A stretch of 55,495 bases of DNA, filler included, from Bipalium vagum (taxonomy: Eukaryota): NCBI GenBank assembly GCA_037834085.1. It is 3 parts of 3 records of this genome, joined end to end, with 100 filler letters (N's around TTAATTAATTAA, not from the genome) between each part and the next. Parts side by side here need not be neighbours in the genome. Positions count along the whole stretch, not along the records: positions 37,987 to 55,495 come from JBBMKC010062531.1; 2 more parts are not named here. The stretch is one strand, 5' to 3'. The translations under genes were made by a program, and so were the position numbers. Positions within the stretch are counted from its first letter, which is position 1; the number at the start of each line of letters is the position of its first letter. A model generated the notes under the pieces. That model made no database searches and was not told the DNA's origin. It worked only from the letters and a program-made list of their open reading frames with translations. Shown in pieces: positions 38,555 to 52,560 of the stretch.

Positions 38555-40486
38555 TACATTTAACATTTGATTCCAAACAAAAAATTCCCATGATCCTACT
38601 ACCCGCTTTATATATAGTAAAATGCCTAAACGTTATTTTTCCCAATCCCAATCTTATTAATGCAATATTTTCCCAAACATTAGGCAGGAGCAATTAAAGC
38701 TAAAATCAATTATTCTATTTTATTTTTCACAAAGATCTCTTTATAACGCGATACTCAATATTATTAGTTATACAGCTGTTAAAGTTTTAGTCTATCAAAG
38801 TAAAATAAATAATATTTGTACTTTGTGCTTACAATTTTGGACTCATTTGTCTTTCAGCTATTTATTGCACTTTGTATAACACTTAACTTTAGGTCAATAG
38901 TTTTCGATCCTGAATATCATCGATATTGGTAGGCTTGAAACCGAAACCCACTTTTATATACAACTAAAAATTCGTAAATATATATCGATAGATAATATTT
39001 TATTCAGTCACCAAGTCCAAAATCTCCGTTTTACAAATGATAACAATAAAATAATACACATTTTCATCTTTCTTAAATAATATATAAAATTTGCTTTTCA
39101 GTTTCAACCAATTTCAAAATATATTAATTATTTTGAAAACCCATAAGATAAAAAGACTTTTTAATTAAATAATTTTATTATATTTACATACTAATTACAT
39201 TTTTAAACATTTTAATTAAGAAAATAATCATAAAAACTCAAACTTAAAATTTTTCATTATTAAAATCGGTGGCCTATTGGTCGAATTTATGATTTTAAGT
39301 ACTATTAATAATAATATTAATATATTATTATAATTATTATTAATATTAATATAATAATATTACATTTAATAAATAAAAACTATAAAATTTTATTTAATAA
39401 ATAATAAAATATTTGATTTCAATTAACATAAAGGTTCGTTGTAATAAAGATCGTTAATTATTTTATTGAATTGAAAATCTCAATCAATAAAATATTTACT
39501 AAATAAATTTCATTTAACCTCAATTTTAATAAACCAATGATCCGAAATATAGCAAATAAAATTACTAATTAAACAACTTGTGAAATGATTTATATTTTTA
39601 ATTGTGTTGATTGTAATTTTTTTAAAATAATATCTAAAAAATATTTAGAATTTAAAAACATTTAAAGGCAATAAATAAAGAAATTTTCAAAACGGTAATT
39701 TGATTTGAATTTTAAATTTGATTCAGATTTTAAAACAGAAAATGTTTTTTGATCATCTTTTTCTTAACATCGTTGTTCAAAATAAAGAGTATAAACCTAA
39801 ATATTTATTAAATAAAAAATTGCTGTGGATTCTTCTTTCGAATGTTTTGTTTCCACATCCAATTATACAGGTATGATTGTAGGACTGTACCATATACGCC
39901 TTTAGTCGTGACAATCTTGTTTTTGACCTGTTACCATATTGACTTTATTCAATGCGTATGAACACCGATCTCCATGTTCGAAAATTTCATTTTATGATTT
40001 ATCGTTAGATGTGAATTCTGTTGCTCTTTGTTAATTGTGAGCATGCTCGCCAATCATCACTCATTATAGTTGAACCATGCTGAACAATTTCCATCTTCTA
40101 TTAATTGTAAAAAAATGGTTGCTGTCATCGATTCGTCAATCATGTTAAACAACCATAACTCATGTTCAGAAGCGCGCCCTTTAGGAGTTTTTGGTTTGTA
40201 TCTTAAAGTGGATTACAATTAATTATTATAAAGAACTGTGAAAATTACCTAAATAGAGATTCGTCTATTTGAACGACTTTGTCAACCTCACCTAGTGTAA
40301 TAGAGTTTGTGGAAAAAATAAAGGACATTGTTCTCATTTGGTCATAAAACTGAGCAATAGTCAATTTGGAAACTCACATGTCTTCAATGGCAGACTTTTG
40401 GGATTTGCCTAGGGCCCACAAATGTGTTAAATGAACACATTTGTTCAGAGAAATCTTAAATTTGTCAAAAAAGATTTTCTTCTGAC

Positions 40487-41379
40487 TGAAAAATATTTGA
40501 CACATTTGGAGAATACACACCGCAATTTTTTTTGATTTTTTATTAAATAATTTTAATGTTCAATAGACATGTTCAATAGAAGTTTCAATCCGGAAAAATT
40601 CTTTTTCCCATAACTCAAAGGTCTGAATTGGCAATCTAATTGAGTTGATTTCTTTCTGGGCCAATGATCCAGACAAGTAGAAAATTCTCATGAAGGCATT
40701 AAAGCTATCCGATAAAACAATTATTGATTTGAAAAATTTTATGAGGGATGTTACCATTGATTATTGTGAATCGCAAACTGGAAAAATTGGAGTGCCCGGA
40801 ATAATTGTTAAAATCGACGGATGCCAGTTAGTGCGTCGCAAAAATCATGTCGATCATAGTGTAAAAGAACAATGGATTTTTGGGGGAGTAGAGCGAGAAA
40901 TCTTCAAAGTTTTCTTCATTCCAGCAGAAGATCGTACTGCTGACACATTACCGCAATGTATATTATATATCGAATCTGGAAGTATAATCAATTCTGATCT
41001 CTGGAGTTCATATTGGGAATTTCTGATTTGAATCAAAGATATACCCATGCAACTGTTAATCGCAATGAGCATTTTATGGACCCCATAACACTTGCATACA
41101 CTAACACAATAGAGTCAATTTGGCATAAAAAAATAAGCACCGAGCAAGATATGGTACTCATAGACCTCATTTATATTCGTATATCACCGATTTCTTGTGG
41201 AAATATCAACACAAGAATAGGCGTTTTGAGACAATTGTGAGCCATATTAACAATATCTATCGTGTATAAAAATGTATTAAATAAATATTTGATTTTATTT
41301 ATTCATATTTATTCAAAATTTATCAAAAAAAACATTTTTTTTGCAGTGGGTATTCTCCATAAGTTCCAAATATTTTACC
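40487..41379 (+). mobile_element. Merlin (IS1595/ISXO2-like) DNA transposon, degenerate
   Basis: KIGVPGIIVKIDGCQLVRRKNH...QWIFGGVERE...DRTADTL...GSIINSDLWSSY...HATVNRNEHFMDPITLAYTNTIESIW. Imperfect TIRs AAAATATTTGACACATTTGGAGAATACACACCGCAA / TTGCAGTGGGTATTCTCCATAAGTTCCAAATATTTTACC. Confidence 0.92.
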
Positions 41380-41982
41380 TTATTTTTGCAATCTCGCTGT
41401 AAACACCGCCATGAAACACCATCACTGTTTCCTTTCGTTTTTGATTCCTTAAAAGGTAATAGCAAAAATCACATTTATCTTTAAAATTATTAAATAAAAA
41501 TTAATTAATTAACATTAAAATACCAGATAATAATAAACCATATTCTATTAAGAAGCAAATTGATTCGGCAGAAGAACCAATAATCAGGTGATTAAATATT
41601 TTTGAATAAGTTGATGGTCATAAGAAAAGATGATGCCCATTTTATTCAAAAAAAGATGATCTATGATTTTTTTATTTCATAAAACATTTTTCTTTTCCTC
41701 ATAAAGCTTTTTTTAAATACAGAATATATAAAATTTAAAATAAATGAAGAAAATTACCATAATAATTTAAATTTCATTCGATAAATATTTAAAAACTTTA
41801 ACCAATACAAATTAAAAATATTTTCAAATTTTAATCAATAAAATAAAAATTGTTATTAAAAAAAATTCTAAGCAATATAATAAGAAAACAATAGAAAATT
41901 TTAATCAATAAAAATTTTAAAAATTTAAATTTATATATACATTTTTAATCAATAAAAATGTTTTATTTTAATAAGTTACATA

Positions 41983-42172
41983 CACTGGCTCCACAAAGTA
42001 TTTGAAAGGTATCAAATTTAACGTTTTTGGAAAGCAGGTTATAAAATGGATTTTAAAATATGGCTCAATGTATGCATTACTAAGTAAAACTAAAAACTAA
42101 AGAATAATATTAATAATATTACACGAACACAATCCAAAAAAAGGGAGAATTCAACACCACAAAGTATTTGAA
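41983..42172. mobile_element. Solitary IR/DR-type Tc1 terminus
   Basis: TA|CACTGG start and a 16-bp direct repeat CCACAAAGTATTTGAA at 41991 and 42157, 166 nt apart. Confidence 0.55.
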
Positions 42173-45100
42173 CTCTAAAATAAAGTAACACTTAAAAAAA
42201 ATAAACTAGGCTAAATTTTTTTTTGTAAATATTATTAAACTTATAAAACTCTAATACAATATAAATTTTAATTTTAAGTATCATTAAAAGAATTAGTATC
42301 TATTTTTCTCAAAATTTTTCAACATATTTCATTAAATTTTCACCGTTTAATTCTTTTTTGATATTAAAGAAAATAATAATAGAATTATCAAAGATTTATG
42401 GATTCAAATATAAATCAAGAATTAAAGATATATTTAATTCCCAGTGCACATAAAATAAATTTAAATATCTTTAAAAATTAGAAATATAAAAGAAAATGAA
42501 TTTTTATCCAAAAACTAAATGCGACTTCTGTAATTTGCATAATGATAATAGCAAAAAGGTTGTTAAACTAAATTTCTAAATAAAAAAGTTTGAAATATTT
42601 AGAGATTTGAAATTGTTTAAAATGTATTATTCCAAAAATAATTTATATTACGAATATAAATAGAATTATGATTGTATGTAAAATTGTTGGAGCAGCTTAT
42701 AATAATGGCTAAAAATTAATTTTATTTTTGATTTTCCAAGGAATAAAGTCAAGAACGATATAGAATTATCGAAAGACTTCAATATAAACTTTATTTTAAT
42801 ATAATTGTGAGTACAATTAATGATATATATAATTTTAAATAATTGATGCTAATAGTAAATTTTTAGTTCTATGAATAAAGAAATTATTTTTACATTTCAT
42901 TTAAGACAAGTTTAAAATATTTATATAAAACGATTAAAATATGTATTAAAATAAAGAAGCGTATTAGAATATTTATTTAAAACAGGTTTATAATATTAAC
43001 ATGATTTAAACATTTGATTGAATAGTTTAGAATAGAACTTTCGTAAATATCAAATTATGAATCTTTTGAATACAGATTTAAATTTTTAGTGCAAATTATA
43101 AACATTAACTCTCAGCCTGTTACATTTATAGGACAACTGACAGTGTTTATATATTTTGAATACAAAATAAACCTGAAAATCTCAAAGAAAGTTCAAGGAT
43201 TCTTCCAGATTTTCATATTATCTACGAACTTAGAAAATCTCTATTTTCAAGTTTATGTTTTGTTATATTTTCAACGAAAATATCTGTTAGTTACTGCAAC
43301 GTATCTGTTATTGGAATTCATTAAGTCAGAGTTGAGCAATCTTTGTTTACGAGAATAATAAAAAGTTCCTTTCGTTGTTTAATATTTTAAAAAATTAATA
43401 AAAAGTAAGATCAAAAGTAATAAAAAAGACCATGACCCCAAGTAATTTTGGGGTGATTTATAATCAGAAATTACAAATAAAAAATTTAAAACAGGAAAAT
43501 ATCTGCATTTACATTTAAAATCCTCAAACCCTTTTAATAAAATAAATTCTTTAATAAACAGTTCTTTTAATAAACAATATACCGGGCCTGGACCGCACTT
43601 GATCACTGTGAAAAGGCCCACTGTGCTGAACTCTACTTGATATTTGAAGATTTACTGAATGTTTGAATTCAATTGATTTTTTTCTTCTGCAGTCCAAGCT
43701 TTGAAAGAATATTACTATCTTTATGACCACATTCCTAAAAATCAACTATAAATGTATCCAGCACAATTGTCGATTCAGAAAAGCATTTCTACATTGCAAT
43801 AATAATTGTTCATAATACAGCAGGGTTTTTATGGTGCTAGTGAATATTTGTTTCCATGTCATCTGGGCATTTGAGCCAACCCAACAATATTAAAATTTTT
43901 ATATTATAATAATAATTATTAAGTTTATGTTACTAATTCATTTTTATATAATTAATCATGAAAATGATTCTTTTCATTATCACAATTATTTTTGATATTT
44001 TATAGATAATCTCATGGTTTGATAGTTTAGCATTTGTATTTCATAAGGATGTGGGTTCTATGTATCACAAAGTAATAAATACTTATAATTTCCATACATA
44101 AATCACTTAGACTACACACAAGATCAAGATAAAATCAAATTTGTTCATAATCGTTATTTTAAGCCTGAAAGTTTCCAAACTTATAAAATATTTCGTGTAT
44201 TTTCTTCCCTATTAAGTTTCCTTAAGATAGATATCCTTCATGTCTGAGTTTTGATTTTATATTCTTTTTTGTTTAAATATTTGATCTAGAAATTTGTTCT
44301 TTATTAAAAATTCATTTCAGATATTTAATTTGAAATCTTTATTAAAAAATTTAATTTGACTTGATAAACTTTCTGATTATTGTTTTGTTCACTATTGATA
44401 ACATGTACAATTTTAGAAACTAATTAAAATTATTTTTGCACTTTAATTTATTTAAGTCTTAACAAAAGATAAGCACAAAATCAGTCTTCAAGCACCCAGA
44501 AATGAAGCAGTAAAATTATATTAACATAACACAAACACTTCATTACCATTTGAGATTGTATAAATTTTCCTATAATGAATTCATATAGTAATTTTTAAAC
44601 ATCCAGAATCTTAAATCAATAAAAACCTTTCCTTTTTCACATATAATTTTTACAATAGAAGACGCAAAAGAATTAAAAAATTATAACAAACTAAAACTAT
44701 AGAAAAAACAGGAAAAATCAATTGTTGAATATTGACAATAAAAAAGGCAGGACAAAATATTTCTCTTTAGTGCCACACTCACAAAAAGAAACAATATATA
44801 TATATATTTATTGATTGTGAATGATTACCAGAAAATCTTAAATTAATTATCCATTTTTTAATGAAGAAAAACCAAACGAAAACATGTTTCAACTTAATTT
44901 AATTATTTATTTACAATTTTAAATGTGCATTTTATTCTAATTAATAATAATAATAGAAATTGTTTGTTAAAATCGATTATTATTATTGGCCTTTTTAATC
45001 AAACAAAAATTGATTAATCAATGAATATCATCCGGTACGTTGTTGGGAGCAAATCTCAGTACGATATCGATTATTTTGTCGATAAATTCGCTCAACTTCT

Positions 45101-45257
45101 CTGGACATTGGGGCTGTTGGGAAATACTTTCCAAAAATTGTCTAGATTTTCTGAATGCAATCCTGCAAAAACCGATTCCGTTACAAAATAAAATCAAAAC
45201 ATTGTCAATCGAAAATGAAATTAATTTATCGAGTGTCAATAGTGAATCGTAGTAATG

Positions 45258-46546
45258 TTAGGTCTACAAATATGACTCCGCTGTTTTTATTTTTTATAAT
45301 TCAAATTAAAATGAAATTATTTTTTTGTATATTTGTTGTTGTTTAAATAATATTCACTTTGGCGCTAATTATAATATAATAATTTTCTAAATAGTTTGCA
45401 CATCAATAATTATTTACTATTTTATATAACAACATTTGTGCCGGAAAATAACCATTTGTGGGAAGCTTTATTATTTTTATTTAATTTAAAGAAAAATGCT
45501 GCCGAAGCATATAAATTACTAGTACAGCCTTATGGCAACAATTCTTTAGCTGAAAGAACATGTCTGGAATGGTTTCAAAAATTCAAAACGGGGAATTTTA
45601 ACCTTAATGACAATGCCCACGGAAATCCACCAAAAAATTTGAAAACCCTGATTTGCAAGACTTGTTGGACGAAGACGAATGTGAAACTCAGGTACAATTA
45701 GCTGCTTCATTGAATGTTTCCAACAAAAAATCTCCAATCGTTTATGCGATTCCGGATAAATTCTAAAGGTGGGAAGGTGGGTGCCTCATGCATTAACAGA
45801 AAGAAGCCAAGAGCAGAGAAAAACCACATGCGGAATTTTGATCAAAATAAACAAAAGAAAATATTTCCTTCATCGTATAATAACTGGCGATGAAAAATGG
45901 ATATATTTCTCCAATCCCAGGCGAAAAAGATCTTGGATTGATCCAGGTCAGCTGACAAAGTCAACTCGAAAGTGCAACATTCATGCGAAAACAGTATTGT
46001 TATGCATATGGTGGGATCAAAAAGGTATCCTGTACTACGAACTTATGAAACCTGTTGATACATTGACTGCCAATCGCTATAAATAGCAGTTAATGCAACT
46101 AAACGAAGAAATCGCTGCCAAACGACCAGAATGGGCTGATAGCCATGGGAAAGTAATATTGCTTCATGACAACGCTCGGCCTCATGCGCAAAAACCGTTG
46201 ATGAGGCTATAAAACAGTTGAAATGGGATGTCTTACCCCACCCGCCATACTCTTCAGACATTGCCCCGTCGGATTATCATTTATATTATTTCGTTCGATG
46301 TCACATGGTCTGTCAGAGCACAGCATTTTGACTTATGAGGATGTAAAAAAATGGCTAGATCATTGGATTACCTCTAAATCAAATAATTTTTCTATGATTA
46401 CATAAACTGCCACAACTTTGGGAAAACGTTGAAATGAGTGAAGGAAATTATTTTTAATAAAAATCTTTTATAAATTTGCTTTGGTTGTTTTTATTTATTT
46501 GATTTTAAATAAGGGTAAAACGGCGGAGTCATATTTGTTGACCTAA
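45258..46546 (+). mobile_element. Full-length (1289 bp) Mos1-like mariner, pseudogenised
   Basis: TIRs TTAGGTCTACAAATATGACTCCGCTGTTTT / [81 protein letters not shown] and HPPYSSDIAPSDYHL, with frameshifts and stops. Confidence 0.95.
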
Positions 46547-47092
46547 TATATATCCATTTTACAAACTTATGACTTTACCAATCGAATAAAGATGGCGCAA
46601 ATCTGTTTTATGGTGAACATGTAGTGTCCTTCCAATGTCGCATAATGTTTGCCAAAGTTATTGATCAGTTAAATTCATTTTTAAGGCTTGATTTGCCAAA
46701 TCTGAATTTTGTGAACCAGCGTGGAATAGTCCGAATAGAAATTTCATGATCTGTATACACTATGTTCAGAGTATTTTACATGTTTGTTAATGAAATAAAA
46801 ACAAAGTTTTACATTTTTAAATAAACTCAATTTATTCTCAAAAACTCAATGGGAAATTTGTGCGTGGTGTTTTCTTTTCAACCAGCAACCAAGATGAATT
46901 CAGATAAAGCTCAAAATGCTTCAACTTTAATGCACTGTCATTTAGAATACAGACAAGTTCTTCTTCTATTAATGTTAATTGTTCTTTAGAGAGCTCAAAT
47001 TCAAAAAACGATCCTAATGTGGTAGGACAAATGTAGCAAGTTTAATTATGTTAAATTTAGTATATTTAAACAACACATAATAATAGTAACAA

Positions 47093-47094
47093 TA

Positions 47095-47168
<74 letters not shown>
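47093..47168. repeat. (AAT)n microsatellite
   Basis: About 25 TAA units. Confidence 0.95.
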
Positions 47169-47171
<3 letters not shown>

Positions 47172-47435
47172 TAAAATAGATTTTCTGAATTGAGTTTAAC
47201 ATGTTCTTTATTTGTTAGTTATTCTAATTTATAAATTTAGAAATTGCGGAACCACTCGAGTGTAATGATGGAACCATGATTGAAACAACTGTTCTAGAGT
47301 ATTAAAATATATATTTTTCGTATAATCCTTCAAAAAAGTATCATGAATAAATAAAATAATAATAATAAAACTTATTTGAAGAATTGTTTTAATAACAAAA
47401 CTTTTATTGGGTATTATGAATTATGTCTCACTAAC

Positions 47436-50400
47436 CAGCTGCCATCGCGTGTAAATCTCCGTCTTGATATGGATCAATTATTTGTTTGTATGGAGACATA
47501 TCAGTAATATTTTGACTATTTATCCCTAATTTTGAAATAGATCCTGGACTGGATGGGATAACTGTATTTCTAGAAGGAACCCAAGTGTTATTAAAGCCTG
47601 ATGTCTCATTTGATTGACATTTTTGGTGCATTTCCTGAAGATAACAATTAAGAATTCCAAATAAGTTTCAAGATAGATTAAAAATAGGATGATCCAAGCT
47701 TCAAATAAATCTCAGTTTAACATTGTTTTGAAATAAGTGGCAATTAACTCGCTAAGCTGATAATATATTGATTCTAAACTTCGACTTTCTGTTTAATTGT
47801 TATTTCAACCCAATTAGTTGACACTTACCAAATACGTTATAATATTTATTGTTAATGATTATAAAGGAAATTTTGTTTAATTAACAGATATAAAAAATTT
47901 ATTATATTTAATATTTATATATATAATTTTATGTTTATATTATATTATATTATATATTTATATGATTTATATTTATATTATTTATTTATATATTTACCAA
48001 GGATATAATTAATCTCTTCAAATTTCGAATATACAGTTCCTCCGGAAAAATTAGTACCACTACTACTAAGACATTATTTTAGTTTTTTTAAACGTTTTAT
48101 TCATATTTTTATTCATAAAACATGATAGAAACGAAATATGCAGAAACTGGATCAAATACGCAAGATTTTGTCTGTATATACTTTTTTTACTCTAAGTTCT
48201 CTTAATCTATTGAGCATTAAAAATATCAATTTTTGCAAAAATCAGCAGATAATTCACCTTAAGTATAGCTGAAATTAGCTCCATTTTGTTTGTAAAAGTC
48301 TAAATTTAATTTTTTGCTCATTATCCCCTATTTCTGTGTGTTAGAACTGTTCTGTTAGGAGGCCAGAAAGTGTTCTAATACCTTCATTAGATAACCATTT
48401 TAAAACTGATTTTGACATATGACATGGTGCATTCTCGTCTTGAAATTTAAATTAATCTAAATTAATACCAGAAAAAAATTTCCAGCTGAATTTAATAGAG
48501 GTCCTAAAATATTTATATAACTCCCAGAATTAATAGTACTCTCGCTAAAGTCTTCCTACACATTTGCTGGTTAAACAGCCCCAAACAATTACGCAATCAT
48601 AAAATTTTTCAGTTAGTGTTAAAGAATCTTGAAATTTTGTTAAGCAATTGATGACCCGAGCATGTGTGATACCTTTCATAAAATTCTTTCCTGTTTGAGA
48701 TTTGGGAAGCAGTCTTGGCTTCCTTTGTGGTTTTCACTTTTTTAATGCCCTTCTAATAATCTAGCACTGAACGTAGTTCTACCAACATTAATTGACAATT
48801 CTCCATTAAATTTTCTTGTGAACTGTCGAACTCCAAACTTTCTCCTTGTCTTTAAAAGGTTTTAAAAATCGGCAGACTCTTCTTTTCAAGCATTCTTTTC
48901 AATAGAAATCATACATTTAACACCTTTCAGTACCAAACAGTATTGCACTTTTCGTTAGATTTCAAAAATCTTAGAGTGGTGTCGCATTTGAAGTGAAAGC
49001 TCCCAAAAAAACTGGTAGGAAGCTGTTGAGGAAAAGATATATTTTCTTGATTGGGAAATGTCAAAGTATCATCGTTACAGCAGCAGTGTTGTAAAATGAG
49101 GATTTATAGATTCTCCTTCACTATGGTTCTTCGTGCTACAGAAGTCATATTGGTGAAAGATTAGATTGCAGTAAAGGAATGGAATGTGCTAGTGTCTAGC
49201 AACTAGACTATCCTCCATAAAGCCAAAATTTAAATCAAATAGAAAATAATTGTATCATTTGAAAAGACAGCTGAAAAGTCTTTCATGCATAGTGTGGACT
49301 GATTGAAGCTACATGTCTTTAAAACTAAGTAATCAGATCCCTAATCTATCTATCTAATCTAGCTCGTTCCAGACCAGCAAGACTTGCAAAAGTTATCAAG
49401 GCTAAAGGAGGTTCCATCAATTATTAAAGACTAAAATAGTATTTGTTCATGTTCATTCTAAAATTCTTGAATAATAATAAAAATGAAATTTTCTCTGAGA
49501 TAATAATTATATTTAGTTTATGACATAAACTGAATTAATAATCATAATTATCGAAGCTTGTAAAATTTTTATAAATAAGTAAATTAAATATTCTGTAAGC
49601 AACACTCACTTTTAATTCTTATAAAATTTCTCACATCTGTCTGAAAATATCTTATCCAATATTTTCGTATCTCGTTTATTAAATTTTAATATAAGAAACA
49701 AATGATTTAAACAGAAATAAAAAGATCAAATAATTTAAAATTAAAAAAATTAAATTCTAAGAATCCAATATACAGATTTCGTAAAACATCTAATAATCAT
49801 AATAAAAATAATAATTAATAATATATGCGTAATGATAATTATCATCATTTAAAAACTAAGCGATAGAAATAGAAATAGAAAAAACAGATAATATCATCCA
49901 ACTTTTCGTATTACAATTATAATGAATAAGAAAACAGTTACAGAATTTCTTGATATTAGTGAAGACTTCTTGATTTGCAAATAACTAATGGATTTTTTTA
50001 TAAGCACATTTGTGCTTAATAAAATTTTAATTGAAAATAAATAATATTTCACTGGTTTCGGAAATCTATTTTAAATGTGATTTTATTAATTTGAAAGGTA
50101 TAATAAACATAAAACGAATTTATATTACTTTAATCCAGGTTGGTTTAAAATACAGTTAAAATTAATATTTAATTTTCGATACGCATTAAATTCATGTTAA
50201 TAAATAATCAATATATAGAAATACAAATAAAAATTAAAATATAAACAAATAGTAATAATAATGAGATACTAAATAAAAAATACGAATTTAAAATATAAAA
50301 ATGTATCTAAAAGAAATTGCAAACCTGCAGAAATTTTCTTAAATCTTCACTTCTTGTAGTTTCTTCATTGGCCTCTCGTTGACGCCGTTCAATTTCTTTG

Positions 50401-50645
50401 ATATCCAAATCAGTTAAAACGTCATCAACCTCTAAGAAACTATCTCTTTGCTTTTCAATATCTTTCATTTGGTATGTATTAATTAACTCTTCCATATCAC
50501 TACGATTTGCAAGTTCAACTTTTTTTGAGCTTGAATCATTTGCGTCTTCATTTTGTTTTGGATACGCTGTTACATCAAATATTCGTGGGACATCATATTT
50601 CGAATAATTTGTATAATATATAACTGATGAAACTTCTGCTGTCAT
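47436..50645 (-). CDS. Two 5' coding exons of a host gene, possibly the start of the PLC-epsilon-like gene
   Basis: Exon 50645-50325 (ATG...FLEVDDVLTDLDIKEIERRQREANEE...LRKFLQ|gtttgc) joins in phase 0 to exon 47634-47436 (cttcag|EMHQKCQ...LHAMAA G|gttagt). Same strand as the PLC-like exons but across an assembly spacer. Confidence 0.6.
48034..48900 (-). mobile_element. Degenerate Tc1-like element (inner end approximate)
   Basis: TA|CAGTTCC terminus; the minus strand reads FQDENAPCHMSKSVLKWLSNEGIRTL. Confidence 0.7.
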
Positions 50646-51119
50646 TCTACCTAGTACATCTAAGTTTAAATTTTAATATTACTTGATTTATTTATTTTAT
50701 AATTTCAAAAAAAGACATAAAACGAAAATTAATACTATTAATGTATATTTTCATTAAATTAAATAACAAAAAATACTTTCTATGTAAAGATAATATAAAT
50801 ATTTGCGTTAAACAAATAGCATTACAGTCGTTGTATTAGTTAAATTTTTAAAAAACTAAATTTTAATAAAATAATCTATACATTATTTTTATTTAACTTT
50901 TTCATAATCTTTAAGTTTATTTTTTTTCTCTTTAATCAAAGATAACTTTAGAAGATAAACCTAACAATCAAAATTCACTATTAAGATTACATATCTATAT
51001 GTTTCAGAAAGATGTTTTCAGATGTTCAAATCTGCTCGTAATAATAGTTTTAAATAAATAAACAGTTTTCAGTTATATCTTTTTTTTAATAACAATAACT
51101 ATTACGTTCATCTTATTTA

Positions 51120-51400
51120 AACTACCTTTCCAATCAACTTGTATAGTAAACATAAAGACAATGATAGCAAATGTTTTATATATTCAATATTAGCTTATTA
51201 TTTTTTAGATCCTGCTATAGATTTTAATAGAAATCTCCATCATTCTGAAAGAGCGGGTAAATATAAACCTTATGAACTAAATTTAACTAATATTGAATTT
51301 TCAATAAAAATAAAAGATTTAATAGCAGAATAATATTAGTGTAAATAGATTTGAAGTAATTAATAATACTAAAAAATACTTTCTTTATATCAAGTACATT
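51120..51400 (+). pseudogene. Fragment resembling the N-terminal region of Polinton/adintovirus-associated DNA polymerase B
   Basis: KDNDSKCFIYSILAY...KYKPYELNLTNIEFSIKIKDL...SVNRF resembles the recalled N.D.KCF.W.IL...LNF..I.FP....I..FE..N.SINVF pattern. Confidence 0.55.
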
Positions 51401-51481
51401 TTAGTTGTAAACCTAATATTGATGATAGTAAGTCTAATATAAAAATCATCATGTTTTATGCAGAAACATGAATATATTATA

Positions 51482-51675
51482 CAAAGTGTACACTGTTTAT
51501 CCCCCTTTTTTTCATGAACAAAACAGCCCTAAAAGTAGGTTGAAAAAAATAAATTTGGCAACAAAAAATAATTATATAAAAAATATAAAAAAGAAAAAAT
51601 ATAAAAATGCATAAAAAATATTTTTTATAAATTCAGGGCTCGATAAAAAATGTGCTGATAAACAGGGTACATTTG
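51482..51675. mobile_element. About 195-bp MITE
   Basis: Inverted termini (TA)CAAAGTGTACACTGTTTATC and GATAAACAGGGTACATTTG around an AT-rich non-coding core. Confidence 0.65.
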
Positions 51676-52099
51676 TGTCATATAAATAACATAAAAATCA
51701 TTAAAAAAATTAATCAAAAAAATAAATAAAATTGTACTGGGGACAAATAAATATTTTTTAGTTGAGTACGAGAAATTGTCAAAAAACAAATTACTTTAAT
51801 TTTTAAATAAATAAATTTTAAAATTAAAAAATGGTTGAAAATGGTATTATGAAATTTGTGATAAATCTATTAATAAAAAAAAATAAAAGTCATCATGAAA
51901 ATACAAACATACATGAAAAAATATTCAACATGAAAAAAACAACGATTACAACGAAAAAACAACGACTAGAAACAACGATTAAAAATAACAATAACATCAA
52001 TAAAAAAACAACGACTGAAAAATTATTATCAACAACAAAAAATAAAAATCTAAATATTCAAAAAATTCAAGAAAAATATCCATCTTTTTTATAAAAACA

Positions 52100-52560
52100 G
52101 TAGAGATATTCAATCACACATTACTAATAATAAATTTTTTAATAAATTTACAACTGGAAAATACCCAGGTGTATTACATTTAAAATCTCTAAATCCTTAA
52201 AATAAAACAATTCCAGTTCACAATTTTACAGGACCTGGAACTCATGTTGCTAAACGTTTAGAAAACTATAATGAGATATTAGAAAATTTTGAAGACAATC
52301 AAGATTTATCAATTCTCCCAATTCAAAAAACCTGATTCAATTCTAATAAATCGAGCTGACAAAGCAGCAATGAAACATGATGTGAAATATATGTCAACAT
52401 ATTTAAAAGATAGTCGTGTTGCAGATGTTGAAATGATTCATGAAATGAACAATATTCAAAATCCAACTCCAAGAGAAAGACTTGAAAGAGTAATTGTAAA
52501 ATTAATTATGAAAGGAAAGGCCGCCTTAGGCTTAGGAGGATTATATCCTCCAGTTGCTCT
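52100..52560 (+). pseudogene. Parvovirus-type phospholipase A2 (PLA2X) gene of a Polinton/adintovirus-like element
   Basis: GKYPGVLHLKSLNP*NKTIPVHNFTGPGTHVAKRL..., a frameshift at about 52330, then INRADKAAMKHDVKY...RVADVEMI...ERLERVIVKLIMKGKAALGLG. Shows the Ca-loop FxGPG, catalytic HD, AD and the MKxKxxxGxG tail. Confidence 0.88.

Noticed and set aside
43379-43890. ORFs and splice-like signals near 43.4-43.9 kb
   Set aside because: No consistent frame or recognisable homology.
45018-45239. Protein-like minus-strand frame (FLESISQQPQCPEKLSEFIDKIIDIVLRF) as an exon linking the 47-kb and 34-kb exons
   Set aside because: The acceptor at 45162 is out of phase with the phase-1 donor at 47436 for this frame. 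It may still be an exon, but I cannot support a model.
47014-47202. Poly-Leu ORF resembling a signal or transmembrane peptide (also 7593-7802)
   Set aside because: Translation of (AAT/ATT)n microsatellites.
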